Below are positions 48,205 to 58,065 of a stretch of 64,000 bases of DNA, piece after piece (within the stretch, counting starts at the first letter, position 1; each line of letters starts with the position of its first letter). The notes under the pieces were generated by a model. That model was not told the DNA's origin, did not search any database, and saw only the letters and a list, made by a program, of their open reading frames with translations. Origin of the DNA: Longimicrobiales bacterium (lineage in GTDB: Bacteria > Gemmatimonadota > Gemmatimonadetes > Longimicrobiales > Gaopeijiaceae); NCBI GenBank assembly GCA_965249725.1, contig OZ252251.1:672001-736000 (forward strand), read 5' to 3'. The position numbers and the translations under genes were made by a program.

Positions 48205-51200
48205 TTGGCGCTGGCGCTGCCCGTTCCAGCGCAGGCCCAGGCGCCGATGCCGAGCGTCTGCGATCGCACCAGTCAGGTAAGGGATGTCATCGTGAGTGAG
48301 GTATCCGGCGTGAGTAACTGCGCCAACATCACCACCACGCACCTGGCGGCGATCCTCGAACTGGATTTCGATCCCGCCAACAACAGGAGCATACACAGCC
48401 TCCAGTCGGGCGACTTTGCGGGTCTCACCGGGCTGAAGGTCCTGAATCTGCATAACAACAACCCCGTAGGTAGTGGACGCACGTTGACACTTCCGGCGGA
48501 TATTTTCGACGGTCTCACCTCGCTTGAGGAATTGGATCTCGGCCGAAACGCGATCCCGAGCCTGCCCACCGGTGTTTTTGACGATCTCACCGTCTTGACT
48601 GACTTGAACCTCAATGGTGGCGATATCGCCAGCGTGTCCGCGAATGTGTTCAGTCGCCTCTCGAACCTTGAATTGCTGAATTTGACCAGTTCGGCACCCG
48701 CGCTGCCCGCCGGCATTTTCGACGGCCTGACCAAGCTGACTCGATTGGTATTGCATTCACCTAGTCTCTCCTCTGGCCTGACCAGTATTCGCAGCGACCT
48801 CTTCGACGAACTGACCGCGTTGGAATCCCTGTCGCTTCAAGGTTTCAGCCTTTCGACGCTTCCGGCGGATATATTCGACAACCTGGCCCGTCTGACCGAA
48901 TTGATCATCGGCAACAATGGGCTGACGAGTCTGCCCGCCGGCATTTTCAACAACCTCCCCGGCCTGACCACGTTGTACGTAGCGGGTGAGGCGATCTCGA
49001 GCCTGCCGCTCGGGATTTTCGACAACGTCACTCGGCTGACTTACCTGGGCCTCTATGACAACCGCCTGCAGACGCTACCGGACGACCTGTTCGAACGACT
49101 CACCGCGCTCCAGGCGCTCGTTTTCCACGGCAATCCCGGCATGGACAGCTTCGTCCCCACGGCCGTGGCCGGCGACAACCAGGCGGTCGCGCCGGGCGCG
49201 GCGGTGACGCTTGACGCCACCGCCAGCGGCGGCGCCTGGGGCACGAACGTCACCTACGCCTGGACCCAGGCCAGCGGCGCGCCGGTGGACCTGACGGGTG
49301 CCGGCACCGCCACGCCGAGCTTCACCGCGCCGGACTCTGCGGGCGATCTCGAATTCGAGCTCGCCGTGATGGGCGTGAGTTGCGGGGCTTATTGTCAAGG
49401 GGACCAGCCAAGCGCGCTTACGTCGACCGGCAGGGTGACGGTCCAGGTGGGCCCAGTCGTCTCCATCACCCCCGGTCTCCAGTCCGTTGCCGAGGATGCC
49501 GGCGAGGCCGTGCTCACGATTTCGCTGCACCGGCCCGCCGAGTCCGCGCTGTCCGTTTCCTGGCATACGCAGGATGAACGTGCGGACGCGCCGGCCGACT
49601 ACACCGCCCGGCAGGATGCGGTAACCTTTGCCGCCGGAGAAGACCGGAAGACCATCTCCGTCTCCATCGTGGACGACGCGGTGCGGGAGGACCCGGACCC
49701 GGTCTATGGCTTGCACGAGAACTTCTGGGTCATCCTCGAGGCAGGCCAGGACTACACCCGTGGAGACGAGTTCGCCGCCATCGTGGAAATCGTCGACAAC
49801 GACGGCGACGCCCCGGGGGACGTGACGCCGCCGCGGCTCCTCCAAAGGACGGTGAACGGGACCACGCTGGTGCTGACCTACGACGAGACGCTCGACGACG
49901 CGTCGGTCCCGGCGGTGGGCGACTTCGTCGTGCAGTCCGGGGGGAACACCATCAACGTGAGCCAAGTGAGCGTCGACGGATCGAGAGTGACGCTGACGCT
50001 GGCCGCCCCCGTCCAGCCCAACCAGGCGGTGTCGATCGACTACACGCCGGGGGCGAACCCGATTCAGGACGCGGCGGGCAACGACGCGGCGCCGCTCTCG
50101 GGCACGGACGTGACGCCGCCGCATCTCACCCGGGCGGCGGTGAACGCGGGCACGCTGGTGCTGACCTACGACGAGACGCTCGACGTCGCGTCGGCCCCGG
50201 CTCCGGGCGACTTCGTCGTGACGGCGGCGGGGAACTCGGTCGGTGTCAGCGGCGTGAGCGTGGGCGGATCAAGGGTGACGCTGACGCTGGCCACCGCCGT
50301 CCAGGCGAACCAGGCGGTGACGCTCGACTACACGCCGGGCGCGAACCCGACCCAGGACGTGGCGGGCAACGACGCGGCGGCGCTCTCCGGACAGGCCGTG
50401 ACCAACAACACTCCGGGAAGCGGTGAAGGCAGCGGCGGTGGCGGAGGGGACCCCTCGGTGCCGGGCGCGCCCGCGTCCCTGACGGCGACGGCGGGCGACG
50501 AAGAGGTGGAGATCGTCTGGAGTGCCCCTGCGGACGATGGCGGCGCACCCGTCACCGGCTACGAGTACCGCTACGCGGCGGGAGACGCGGTGCCCGGGGA
50601 CACGCCTTGGCAATCCGCCGGACTGAACCTCGAGTGGACGGTGACCGGCTTGACCAACGGCCAGGAGTACGCCTTCGAGATGCGGGCGCGGAACAGCGTG
50701 GGCGAAGGCCCGGCACGGGGAGCCCTGGCCACTCCGGGGGGGCAGCCGGGCGTGCCGTCATCCCTGACGGCGACGGCGGGCGACGAAGAGGTGGAGCTCG
50801 TCTGGAGCGCGCCCGCGGACGATGGCGGCGCACCCGTCACCGGCTACGAGTACCGCTACGCGGCGGGAGACGCGGTGCCCGGGGACACGCCTTGGCGGTC
50901 CGCGGGGCTGAGCCTCCAGTGGACGGTGACCGGACTGACCAATGGCCAACAGTACGCCTTCGAGGTGCGGGCGCTGAGCCGCGTGGGCGAGGGTGCAGCA
51001 CGGGGAGCCCTGGCCACTCCGGTGGGCGCGCCGGGCGCGCCCGCGTCTCTGACGGCGACGGCGGGCGACGGAGAGGTGGAGCTCGTCTGGAGTGCGCCCG
51101 GGGCCGATGGCGGCGCGCCCGTCACCGGCTACGAGTACCGCTACGCGGCGGGAGACGCGGTGCCCGGGGCGATGCCCTGGCAAGAGGCCGACGGCGACGG

Positions 51201-53520
51201 GACGGCGACGGTCACGGAGCTGGAGAACGAGACGCGCCACGCCTTCGAGGTGCGGGCGCGGAACCGCGTGGGCGAAGGCGAGGCGGCGAGGACGACGGCC
51301 CTGCCGCTTCGGCTGCGGGCGGAGTTGTTCAGCTCGCCGTCGGCGGCGGAGGGCGAGGCGCTCGTGATCGGGGTGCGCCGGAGCGGGGGGCTCGCGCTTC
51401 CGGCCCACGCCTACATCGGCGTGACGGACAGCGCGCTGCCCGGCGTGACCGCGACGGAAGAGGGGCGCGACGACGGGCTCGGCCGCCACCGGCTGGAGTT
51501 CGCGGCCGGCGCGGCCGAGGCGACGGTCGCCGTCACGGTGGCCTTCGACGGCGGGCGACGGCAGGACCGGGTGCTGAGGGCGACGCTCGATTCCGCGGAA
51601 TCGGAGGTCGACGGCGTGACGCGGGTCCATGAACTCGTCACGCCGGCACTGGTTGTTCCGGTGACGGAGGGGGACGCCGGGCTGTCGGTGGCCGATGCCC
51701 GAGTGCAGGGAGGGAGCGTGGTGCTGGCGTTCACGGTGAGCATGGACCGCACGCGGGACGCGGCTGTGCGGGTGGACTACGCCACGGAAGACGGTTCGGC
51801 CAAGGCCGGGGAGGACTACACTCCGGTCACGGGGACGTTGACGATCGCCGGCGGCGGGCGCGAGGGCACGGTCGAGGTGCCGGTGCTTCCGGCCCTGCAC
51901 GTGACGGGCGAACGGACGCTGACCCTGAGGCTGTCGAATGCCAGGGGCGCGGTGATCGACGACGCGTCGGCGACGGGCACGATCGTTCGCGAGTCGGAGC
52001 TGCCCAAGGCTTGGCTGGCGCGGTTCGGGCGGACGGCTTCGGACCATGCGGCCCAGGCGATCGCCGGTAGGTTGGAGACCGGTGGGCGGGAGACGCATGT
52101 GACAGTGGCGGGCCGGCGTGTGGACGGGCTGTCCGTGGGCGGGCTGCTTGCGGGGGCACTGCCTTCGCGCGGAAGGGGGCTGGCTTCGACGGCCCGGAAC
52201 GTGGTGACCAGACTGGCCGCGCCCGCTCGGGCGGTTTCCGGCGCCTCGGGGACGGGTCAGGGTGTACCGGGTGTGTCACCCGGCGGCTGGGGCGGGGCTC
52301 CGGACGGGTTCGGGCAGGAGTCCTCCAGAGATGCCGGGCAGGCGTTGCGCCGGGCGGTGCTTCCCGACTTCGGGTTCCGCCTGCCGGGGGTGGAGGAAGC
52401 GCTCCTGGGCAGTTCATTCTACGTCGGAGGCGGAGCACAACAGGCCGAGGGCGGCGGCACTTGGGCCGCATGGGGCGACGTGGCCGCGACCCGTTTCGAG
52501 GGTGACGCGAACGGGCTTGCGCTCGACGGTGACGTGGTGACGGGCACGGTAGGGCTCGACCGGCAGTGGCGGACACTCCTCGTCGGGATCGCGCTCTCGA
52601 GGAGCAGCGGTGAGGGAGGGTACGGCACGGGCGCCGGGACGATCGCGAGCACGCTGACGAGCGTCCACCCGTACGTGCGACTACGGCTCGCGGACCGCGC
52701 GCAGCTGTGGGGCGCGGCGGGCTGGGGCCGGGGCGGACTCGAGATCACGCCGGAGAGTGGGACCGCGCTCGAGGCGGATCTCACGAACAGGATGGGGGCG
52801 CTCGGCGGGAGGGCGGTGCTCGCGGGCGCCGGTGCGCTCGAGATCGCGCTCCGCTCCGACCTGCTCTGGACGGAGACCTCCTCCGACGAGACCGCTGGGC
52901 TGGCGGAGGCCGTGGGCACGGCGAGCCGCGGGCGGCTGATGCTCGAGAGCACGGGCCGGATCCAGGGGCTCGGAGGCGTCGTGCGGCCCAGGATCGAGGG
53001 CGGCGTCCGCTACGACCGCGGGGATGCGGAGACCGGACGAGGGTTCGAGGTGGGCGGCGGGCTCGGCTGGGCCCGGGGATCGCTCATGCTCGAAGCGAGT
53101 GGGAGAGTGCTCGTCGCCCACGCCGACGCCTCCTACGAGGAGTGGGGCTACAGCGGCTCGCTCGTTTACGCGCCGGGCACCGACGGACTGGGTCTCCAGA
53201 TGCGGGTCGGATCCACAGCGGGTGCGGCGGTGAGCGGCGTCCGCAACCTGTGGATGCTCGAGAACGCGAGCGGCCTGGTGCGCCCGGGCCACGGCGGGAT
53301 GCCCCTCGCGCAGCGGTTCGACGCCGAGGTCGGCTACGGGCTCGGGGGTGGAGCACTGTGTTACCCGTACTTCGTCGCCGACGACTCCGGGCTGACGAGG
53401 CTCGGCCTCAAGCTCACCTCGGCAGACGTGCTCGGCGTCGGCCTCGAGTTCGGGCGAAGGGAGGGTGTGGACCTCGGGCCGGAGGACACCATGCTCCTCC
53501 GGGGGGAGCTCAGGTTCTAG
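48205..53520 (+). CDS. Giant adhesin/autotransporter-like protein: LRR, PKD-like, Calx-beta, 2x SwmB-like, 3x FN3, Calx-beta, beta-barrel; original start apparently lost
   Basis: LP.GIFD.LT.L..L.L LRRs; DYATEDGSA Calx-beta; LTYDETLD repeats; WSAPADDGGAPVTGYEY FN3; terminal GELRF. Confidence 0.8.
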   Translation: MALALPVPAQAQAPMPSVCDRTSQVRDVIVSEVSGVSNCANITTTHLAAILELDFDPANNRSIHSLQSGDFAGLTGLKVLNLHNNNPVGSGRTLTLPADIFDGLTSLEELDLGRNAIPSLPTGVFDDLTVLTDLNLNGGDIASVSANVFSRLSNLELLNLTSSAPALPAGIFDGLTKLTRLVLHSPSLSSGLTSIRSDLFDELTALESLSLQGFSLSTLPADIFDNLARLTELIIGNNGLTSLPAGIFNNLPGLTTLYVAGEAISSLPLGIFDNVTRLTYLGLYDNRLQTLPDDLFERLTALQALVFHGNPGMDSFVPTAVAGDNQAVAPGAAVTLDATASGGAWGTNVTYAWTQASGAPVDLTGAGTATPSFTAPDSAGDLEFELAVMGVSCGAYCQGDQPSALTSTGRVTVQVGPVVSITPGLQSVAEDAGEAVLTISLHRPAESALSVSWHTQDERADAPADYTARQDAVTFAAGEDRKTISVSIVDDAVREDPDPVYGLHENFWVILEAGQDYTRGDEFAAIVEIVDNDGDAPGDVTPPRLLQRTVNGTTLVLTYDETLDDASVPAVGDFVVQSGGNTINVSQVSVDGSRVTLTLAAPVQPNQAVSIDYTPGANPIQDAAGNDAAPLSGTDVTPPHLTRAAVNAGTLVLTYDETLDVASAPAPGDFVVTAAGNSVGVSGVSVGGSRVTLTLATAVQANQAVTLDYTPGANPTQDVAGNDAAALSGQAVTNNTPGSGEGSGGGGGDPSVPGAPASLTATAGDEEVEIVWSAPADDGGAPVTGYEYRYAAGDAVPGDTPWQSAGLNLEWTVTGLTNGQEYAFEMRARNSVGEGPARGALATPGGQPGVPSSLTATAGDEEVELVWSAPADDGGAPVTGYEYRYAAGDAVPGDTPWRSAGLSLQWTVTGLTNGQQYAFEVRALSRVGEGAARGALATPVGAPGAPASLTATAGDGEVELVWSAPGADGGAPVTGYEYRYAAGDAVPGAMPWQEADGDGTATVTELENETRHAFEVRARNRVGEGEAARTTALPLRLRAELFSSPSAAEGEALVIGVRRSGGLALPAHAYIGVTDSALPGVTATEEGRDDGLGRHRLEFAAGAAEATVAVTVAFDGGRRQDRVLRATLDSAESEVDGVTRVHELVTPALVVPVTEGDAGLSVADARVQGGSVVLAFTVSMDRTRDAAVRVDYATEDGSAKAGEDYTPVTGTLTIAGGGREGTVEVPVLPALHVTGERTLTLRLSNARGAVIDDASATGTIVRESELPKAWLARFGRTASDHAAQAIAGRLETGGRETHVTVAGRRVDGLSVGGLLAGALPSRGRGLASTARNVVTRLAAPARAVSGASGTGQGVPGVSPGGWGGAPDGFGQESSRDAGQALRRAVLPDFGFRLPGVEEALLGSSFYVGGGAQQAEGGGTWAAWGDVAATRFEGDANGLALDGDVVTGTVGLDRQWRTLLVGIALSRSSGEGGYGTGAGTIASTLTSVHPYVRLRLADRAQLWGAAGWGRGGLEITPESGTALEADLTNRMGALGGRAVLAGAGALEIALRSDLLWTETSSDETAGLAEAVGTASRGRLMLESTGRIQGLGGVVRPRIEGGVRYDRGDAETGRGFEVGGGLGWARGSLMLEASGRVLVAHADASYEEWGYSGSLVYAPGTDGLGLQMRVGSTAGAAVSGVRNLWMLENASGLVRPGHGGMPLAQRFDAEVGYGLGGGALCYPYFVADDSGLTRLGLKLTSADVLGVGLEFGRREGVDLGPEDTMLLRGELRF

Positions 53521-53877
53521 CGGCTGGGGCTCGGGGAGGTGGATACGCTACGGGCCCAGGCGGTCGCGCGCGCGGCCTGCCGGAGCAGCCACTCCGAGAG
53601 CGCGGCGCCGGGGGGTGCGTACAGCCCGCCCCCTTCGATGCCCGCCCGAAGTCCGGCTGGCGATATTCTCCGCTCGTGCGGTCAGACACTCTCGGTTCCT
53701 CCGTGGCGTCCGCTCCGGTCCCGGTCCCCCCGCGTTGGACGCCCCTGCCCGCATCGATGCGATGCACGGCGCTGTAGCCCGGGGCCGCGCCCGCTCGCGC
53801 AGTTCGCGACTCGCCTAGCAAACACACCCGCAGATCGCGTATCGGCCGTTGCCGCCGCGGAGACGCTGGCCGGGCAC

Positions 53878-54028
53878 GTCCGATCGCGACCGGCTGCGTC
53901 CCTCGAGCGCGCGGGCATCACGACATCGACGCCCGGTCGGCAAGCGGTGGGCGATCCACACCTGGTGCGTCACCTCCGTCCTGGCCGCTCGCCGAAGCTC
54001 GCGACGACCTGCCGTGTCCCGGTGTTCA
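53878..54028 (+). pseudogene. Decayed Cro-like small HTH
   Basis: LERAGITTSTPGRQAVGDPHLVRHLRPGRSPKLAT resembles phage-type regulators found before alpA. Confidence 0.35.
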
Positions 54029-54131
54029 CGGAAGCCCGCAGCCGGGCCCGTGTGGCCCCTGTTCCCTCCCGGGGCAACGCGCCCCGGAATCCCTTCCGGA
54101 ACAGAACGGAGGCAGTCCAATGTCAATAGGA

Positions 54132-54347
54132 ATGGAACAGGGCATGGACGCGCCCGTACGCGTCCTGCGGTTGCCCCGAGTGCAGGCCCGCACCGGCCTC
54201 TCGCGGAGCTCCATCTATATGCGAGTGGCTGACAGGAGCTTTCCCCAACCGATCCGCCTCGGCCCCCGAGCCATCGGCTGGATCGAATCGGAGGTCGATC
54301 AGTGGATCCGAGACCAGATCTCCGCAAGCCGCGGCAACGCGGAGTGA
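54132..54347 (+). CDS. alpA: AlpA family regulator/excisionase
   Basis: LRLPRVQARTGLSRSSIY..FPQPIRLGPRAIGWIESEV. Confidence 0.9.
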   Translation: MEQGMDAPVRVLRLPRVQARTGLSRSSIYMRVADRSFPQPIRLGPRAIGWIESEVDQWIRDQISASRGNAE

Positions 54348-54578
54348 TCTTAGACGTAAACCATCCCAATAGTTCGTAGTCAGAGAGGACAGGGGCCATC
54401 CACAACCGTCCTCCGGCACGCCTACGCTTCTTCGCCATTTCGCCGACAGTTCCTTGGCCTGCGTCGCCCACCTGCCTACGCCGATCGGGGTGACACCGCG
54501 CTCGGCGAGGTTGGTTCGGTTCGCCCTACAGCTCGTTCGCTAAGCCCCGCTACAGTCCACTGGATTCCCGTTCAGAAA

Positions 54579-54700
54579 GAGGGGTGTAATGAGGGGATAG
54601 CAGCCAGGTCATAAGCCTTATCTCTATTATTAACAATGCTTTATAATTATATCGGCACGGCTCATGGACGATTGGGCTGCCTATCTGGCCGGGGGGCGTC
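54579..54700 (+). other. Possible att-site remnant plus P4-type integrase C-terminal tail
   Basis: GAGGGG repeated at 12-bp spacing, AT-rich tract, then LMDDWAAYLAG. Confidence 0.4.
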
Positions 54701-55150
54701 GAAACCCGGAGGCCCGTCCGTTCCGGTTAGGGGCTGGCGAGGGGATCCCCCGTGAGAGCCCCGGAGAGCGCCGATCTCCCCGCCAGATGGCGGTCTAGCC
54801 CACCCGATTGTCTCCGGCACCGAACGCCAGCCGGCGCCGGTCCTCCGCCGTCAGCACCGGGTAGGCTTCCGGGTCAGCCGCCCAGGTGCGTTGTCCTCCA
54901 GAGCGGGGAATCACTACCCGCGTCTTCCCGGACCTCCAGGTCACTGACCGGGCGGCGAGTGCACCTCGAGCCGGGCCAGCTCACGCCCGCCGATGATCGG
55001 CCCGCTCGCTGTCCCCGGCGGGAGCTCCACGTCGAGGAGCACCAGGTCGTCCAGGCCCGCGTCTCGGTTGCACCGCCCCGGAGCGCGATCGGCAGCCAAT
55101 CGCGCACAGTCTCGCCCTCCCAGAGGGCGCCACAGGGGAAGCGTCAATCC

Positions 55151-55549
55151 TCAATCAACAGAGTCAAAGGCAATATCGCCATTCTTCCAAAGGGCTATTG
55201 CTACATCCATTTGTCCGTTGCGTTGCTTAATCTGGCCCTGCATGACGCATTCCCACAATTGTGTGGAGTTATCAGACAGATCGGGCGAGGTCTGCAACAA
55301 TTTAACCGCTTCAAGCGCGTAGCCCTTGTTGTCTATAGATCGTGTGTACCTTCCTGGAGGTATACCACGAATCAACCCCTCTTCCGCCAGCCCCAAAAAC
55401 GCGTTGCGTGGACAGCTCTTTTCCCGACTCGCCGTTTGTTCTGAAAAAATTTCCTCAGCGGATGTCTTCCAAGCTGAGATCGGGCATAGGCCGTTTCCCT
55501 CGCGTACTTTCTTAGCCGCACACACTGCAATAGTCCCGTATTTCGACAT
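55151..55549 (-). CDS. DUF6979-like hypothetical protein (lower GC)
   Basis: KSCPRNAFLGLAEEG, NKGYALEAV, NGQMDV; AGAGGAG RBS. Confidence 0.65.
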   Translation of the reverse strand: MSKYGTIAVCAAKKVREGNGLCPISAWKTSAEEIFSEQTASREKSCPRNAFLGLAEEGLIRGIPPGRYTRSIDNKGYALEAVKLLQTSPDLSDNSTQLWECVMQGQIKQRNGQMDVAIALWKNGDIAFDSVD

Positions 55550-55610
55550 GTGCTCTCCTCTTCATTAAATTGTAGTCACGAACTCAGAGATGCTTTACGC
55601 ATACGGCCGC

Positions 55611-55958
55611 TCACGCGGGGATGATGTCATCCACCGCAACCCGAAGAGCATCGGCCAGCTTGCGAAGGGTGTGCACCGACCCGCTGTTGCGTCCCGATTC
55701 GATCTCGACGATCTGCACCCGGTTGACGCCGCAGGCGCGCGCGAGGGCGGACTGAGACAGTCCACGGTATTCGCGCCAGACCCGTAGGGGCGGTTCCCGG
55801 TCGATAAGTCGGTCGGCCACATGCGCCGGCACAAGTTCTTCCGCGCCGCTGGCGATTCTCGCCTCGACGGCCAGCGCCGTCCGTATATCCGTAAAATCTT
55901 CTTCCATGGCACACAGGCGTTCATACTCGACTCTGGGAATCGTCACGGTTTCGTTCAT
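55611..55958 (-). CDS. XRE/HTH antitoxin (HigA-like)
   Basis: VTIPRVEYERL, PLRVWREYRGLSQSALARACGV..IESG. Confidence 0.85.
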   Translation of the reverse strand: MNETVTIPRVEYERLCAMEEDFTDIRTALAVEARIASGAEELVPAHVADRLIDREPPLRVWREYRGLSQSALARACGVNRVQIVEIESGRNSGSVHTLRKLADALRVAVDDIIPA

Positions 55959-55963
55959 GATAT

Positions 55964-56218
55964 TCACTCCTTGTAGGCGCTGCCGCGGCTGGCCACATGC
56001 AGAACTCGCAGCACGTTTCCATCTCTCATTACTACGCGCCAGTCTCCCACCCGAAGGCGCACCAGTCCGTCTTGGCCCTTCAGACGTATGACGTTGTTGG
56101 CCTGCGACGCCGGGTCATCGGCGTAAGCCCGGATCTTGTCCCGGAGACGCTCCGCCCAATTACGGGGCATCTGGGTCAGGACCTTCAGAGCCGTACGGCT
56201 GTAGGCAATTTCTTTCAC
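55964..56218 (-). CDS. RelE/ParE family toxin (toxin-first order)
   Basis: IAYSRTALKVL, RLRVGDWRVV, SRGSAY. Confidence 0.85.
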   Translation of the reverse strand: MKEIAYSRTALKVLTQMPRNWAERLRDKIRAYADDPASQANNVIRLKGQDGLVRLRVGDWRVVMRDGNVLRVLHVASRGSAYKE

Positions 56219-56253
56219 AGCAAGTATGTAGCGCAAGACTACGATGTAGTCAA
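56219..56253 (-). promoter_or_regulatory. TA promoter/operator, likely leaderless transcript
   Basis: TTGACT-17bp-TACATA-6bp-GTG; palindrome GACTAC-gat-GTAGTC (56237-56251) overlaps the -35. Confidence 0.6.
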
Positions 56254-56765
56254 TAACGACAATGCCCCCTCCGGCGTTACTGTCGTTCGGAAGCTCTGCC
56301 CTGAGCACGTCCATGTCCCTGGAGCGCGACGTTCAGGGACATGACCGCCGCTCCCCGGCACCTGACGGGCCATGCATCGCCTCCTTGGTGCGCCTTGCCG
56401 CCTCGGCAAGGGTGCTCCGCCGCGCAGTGCGGGGGGTCCTCTCCGGGGGGGCACTACTCCATCACAGTGTCCGGACGCGCTCCCGGTCGCCGGCCAAGCT
56501 AGGGTGCCAAGTCGAGCCGAACAGGAAGCCGCGAAGCTCCCGGACGATCGTGACAAGCTCCCCGTCGATTTCCGGGAGGCTGTGGGGGGGGCAGGATGCA
56601 CGCGCCGATGTAGACAGCCAGGTCCCCGAGGGGTGCGCCTCGACCTCAGGCCGTGGTGGGGATGCCGTGGGAGTCCACGAGCGTATCTCGCCAGCGAGCG
56701 TCGAGACGCGGAGGCCGGACCGATCCGCTGAGGAGCCGGCTCATGACCCGTATGTGGACGCCCCC

Positions 56766-57042
56766 CGGGTTGGCAAGCCTGACTTCGAACCGAGGTTGGT
56801 GGCAATCAGGTCCGGTACTGTCGTATGTCCGGCCTCTTGATGCAGCCCTCGTTGGCTGCGGGCCCGTATGGTGTTCGTGAGATCGGATCCAAATCGTTAG
56901 GTCGGGCTCGGTGGCCCTTCGGGTCATCCTGGTGTTTCCGATCCCGTCTTCCAGACCGTTTGCCCTTACCCGTTCTTGCGTCCTGCTGCCCACATCTCCC
57001 AGCAGCTTTCTCTGTTTGCGCTTCTCTCCTTTCGTTGGCCGG
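56766..57042 (-). ncRNA. Bridge/seek RNA region of the IS1111-type element (ends not defined)
   Basis: Two stem-enclosed internal loops whose segments match the target flanks and the element ends. Confidence 0.75.
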
Positions 57043-58065
57043 TCAGGCGGCAGCGCGAACCCGATGGATCTCCTTCTTCGTGGTCAGCGCCCAGACCATC
57101 CGCGCCGTCCTGTTGGCGAGCACCACCGCGACCAGCATCTTCGGCTTGCGTGCCAGCATCCTGGCCAGCCACGGATCCGTGATCTCGCCGCGCCGGATCG
57201 CGTTTTGGACGACCGCCATGGCTCCCGTGATCAAGAGCCGCCGGAGATCGCGCTGGCCCATCTTCGATATCCTGCCCAGCCTCGGCTTGCCGCCGGTGGT
57301 GTGCTGCCGCGGCACAAGGCCGAGCCAGGCCGAGAAGTCGCGCCCGCGCCGGAAGCTCTCCATCGGCGGTGCGAAGGCCTGCAGTGCCATCGCGGTGATC
57401 GGTCCGATTCCGGGGATTGTCATCAGCCGCGCCGTCTCTTCGCGCTCCCGTGTGCTCGCCCGGAGCTTCCTGTCGAGTCCATCGATCTTCTCATCGAGCT
57501 CGTCGATCGGCCCGAGCAGCAGCCATCCCAGCTCGACGACCGCCTCCGGCAGGCCGGCGTCCCCGTCTTCCAGCACCCGGGCCAGTTGCCCGATCCGGGC
57601 CCTGCCCTGCGGAGCAACAACTCCGAACTCGGCGAGGTGACCCCGAAGGGCATTGATCGTCTGTGTGCGCTGGCGCACCAGCAGGTCACGCGTGCGAAAG
57701 AGCATCCCCTGACCCTGCTGCGCTTCGGTCTTGACCGCCACGAAGCGCATGGTCGGACGCTGTGCGGCTTCCGAGATCGCCTCCGCGTCCGCCGTGTCGT
57801 TCTTCTGCCTCTTGACGAAGGGCTTCACGTAGATCGGTGGAACCAGCCTCACCTCGTGACCGAGCGCCACGATCTCCCGGCCCCAGTAATGGGCGCTGGC
57901 GCACGCCTCCATCGCCACCGTGCAAGGCGGCTGCGAGGCGAGAAAACTCAGCAGCTTCCCGCGGCTCAGCTTCTTGCGGTACGCTACCGACCCGTCCGCC
58001 TTCGCCCCGTGTACCTGAAAGCTGCGCTTTGCCAGATCGATCCCGATGATGCTAACCTCCTCCAT
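57043..58065 (-). CDS. IS110 family recombinase/transposase
   Basis: IGIDLAK, MEAC, KNDTADA (DEDD), IPGIGPITA, GLVPRQHTTGGK, LANRTAR. Confidence 0.95.
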   Translation of the reverse strand: MEEVSIIGIDLAKRSFQVHGAKADGSVAYRKKLSRGKLLSFLASQPPCTVAMEACASAHYWGREIVALGHEVRLVPPIYVKPFVKRQKNDTADAEAISEAAQRPTMRFVAVKTEAQQGQGMLFRTRDLLVRQRTQTINALRGHLAEFGVVAPQGRARIGQLARVLEDGDAGLPEAVVELGWLLLGPIDELDEKIDGLDRKLRASTREREETARLMTIPGIGPITAMALQAFAPPMESFRRGRDFSAWLGLVPRQHTTGGKPRLGRISKMGQRDLRRLLITGAMAVVQNAIRRGEITDPWLARMLARKPKMLVAVVLANRTARMVWALTTKKEIHRVRAAA

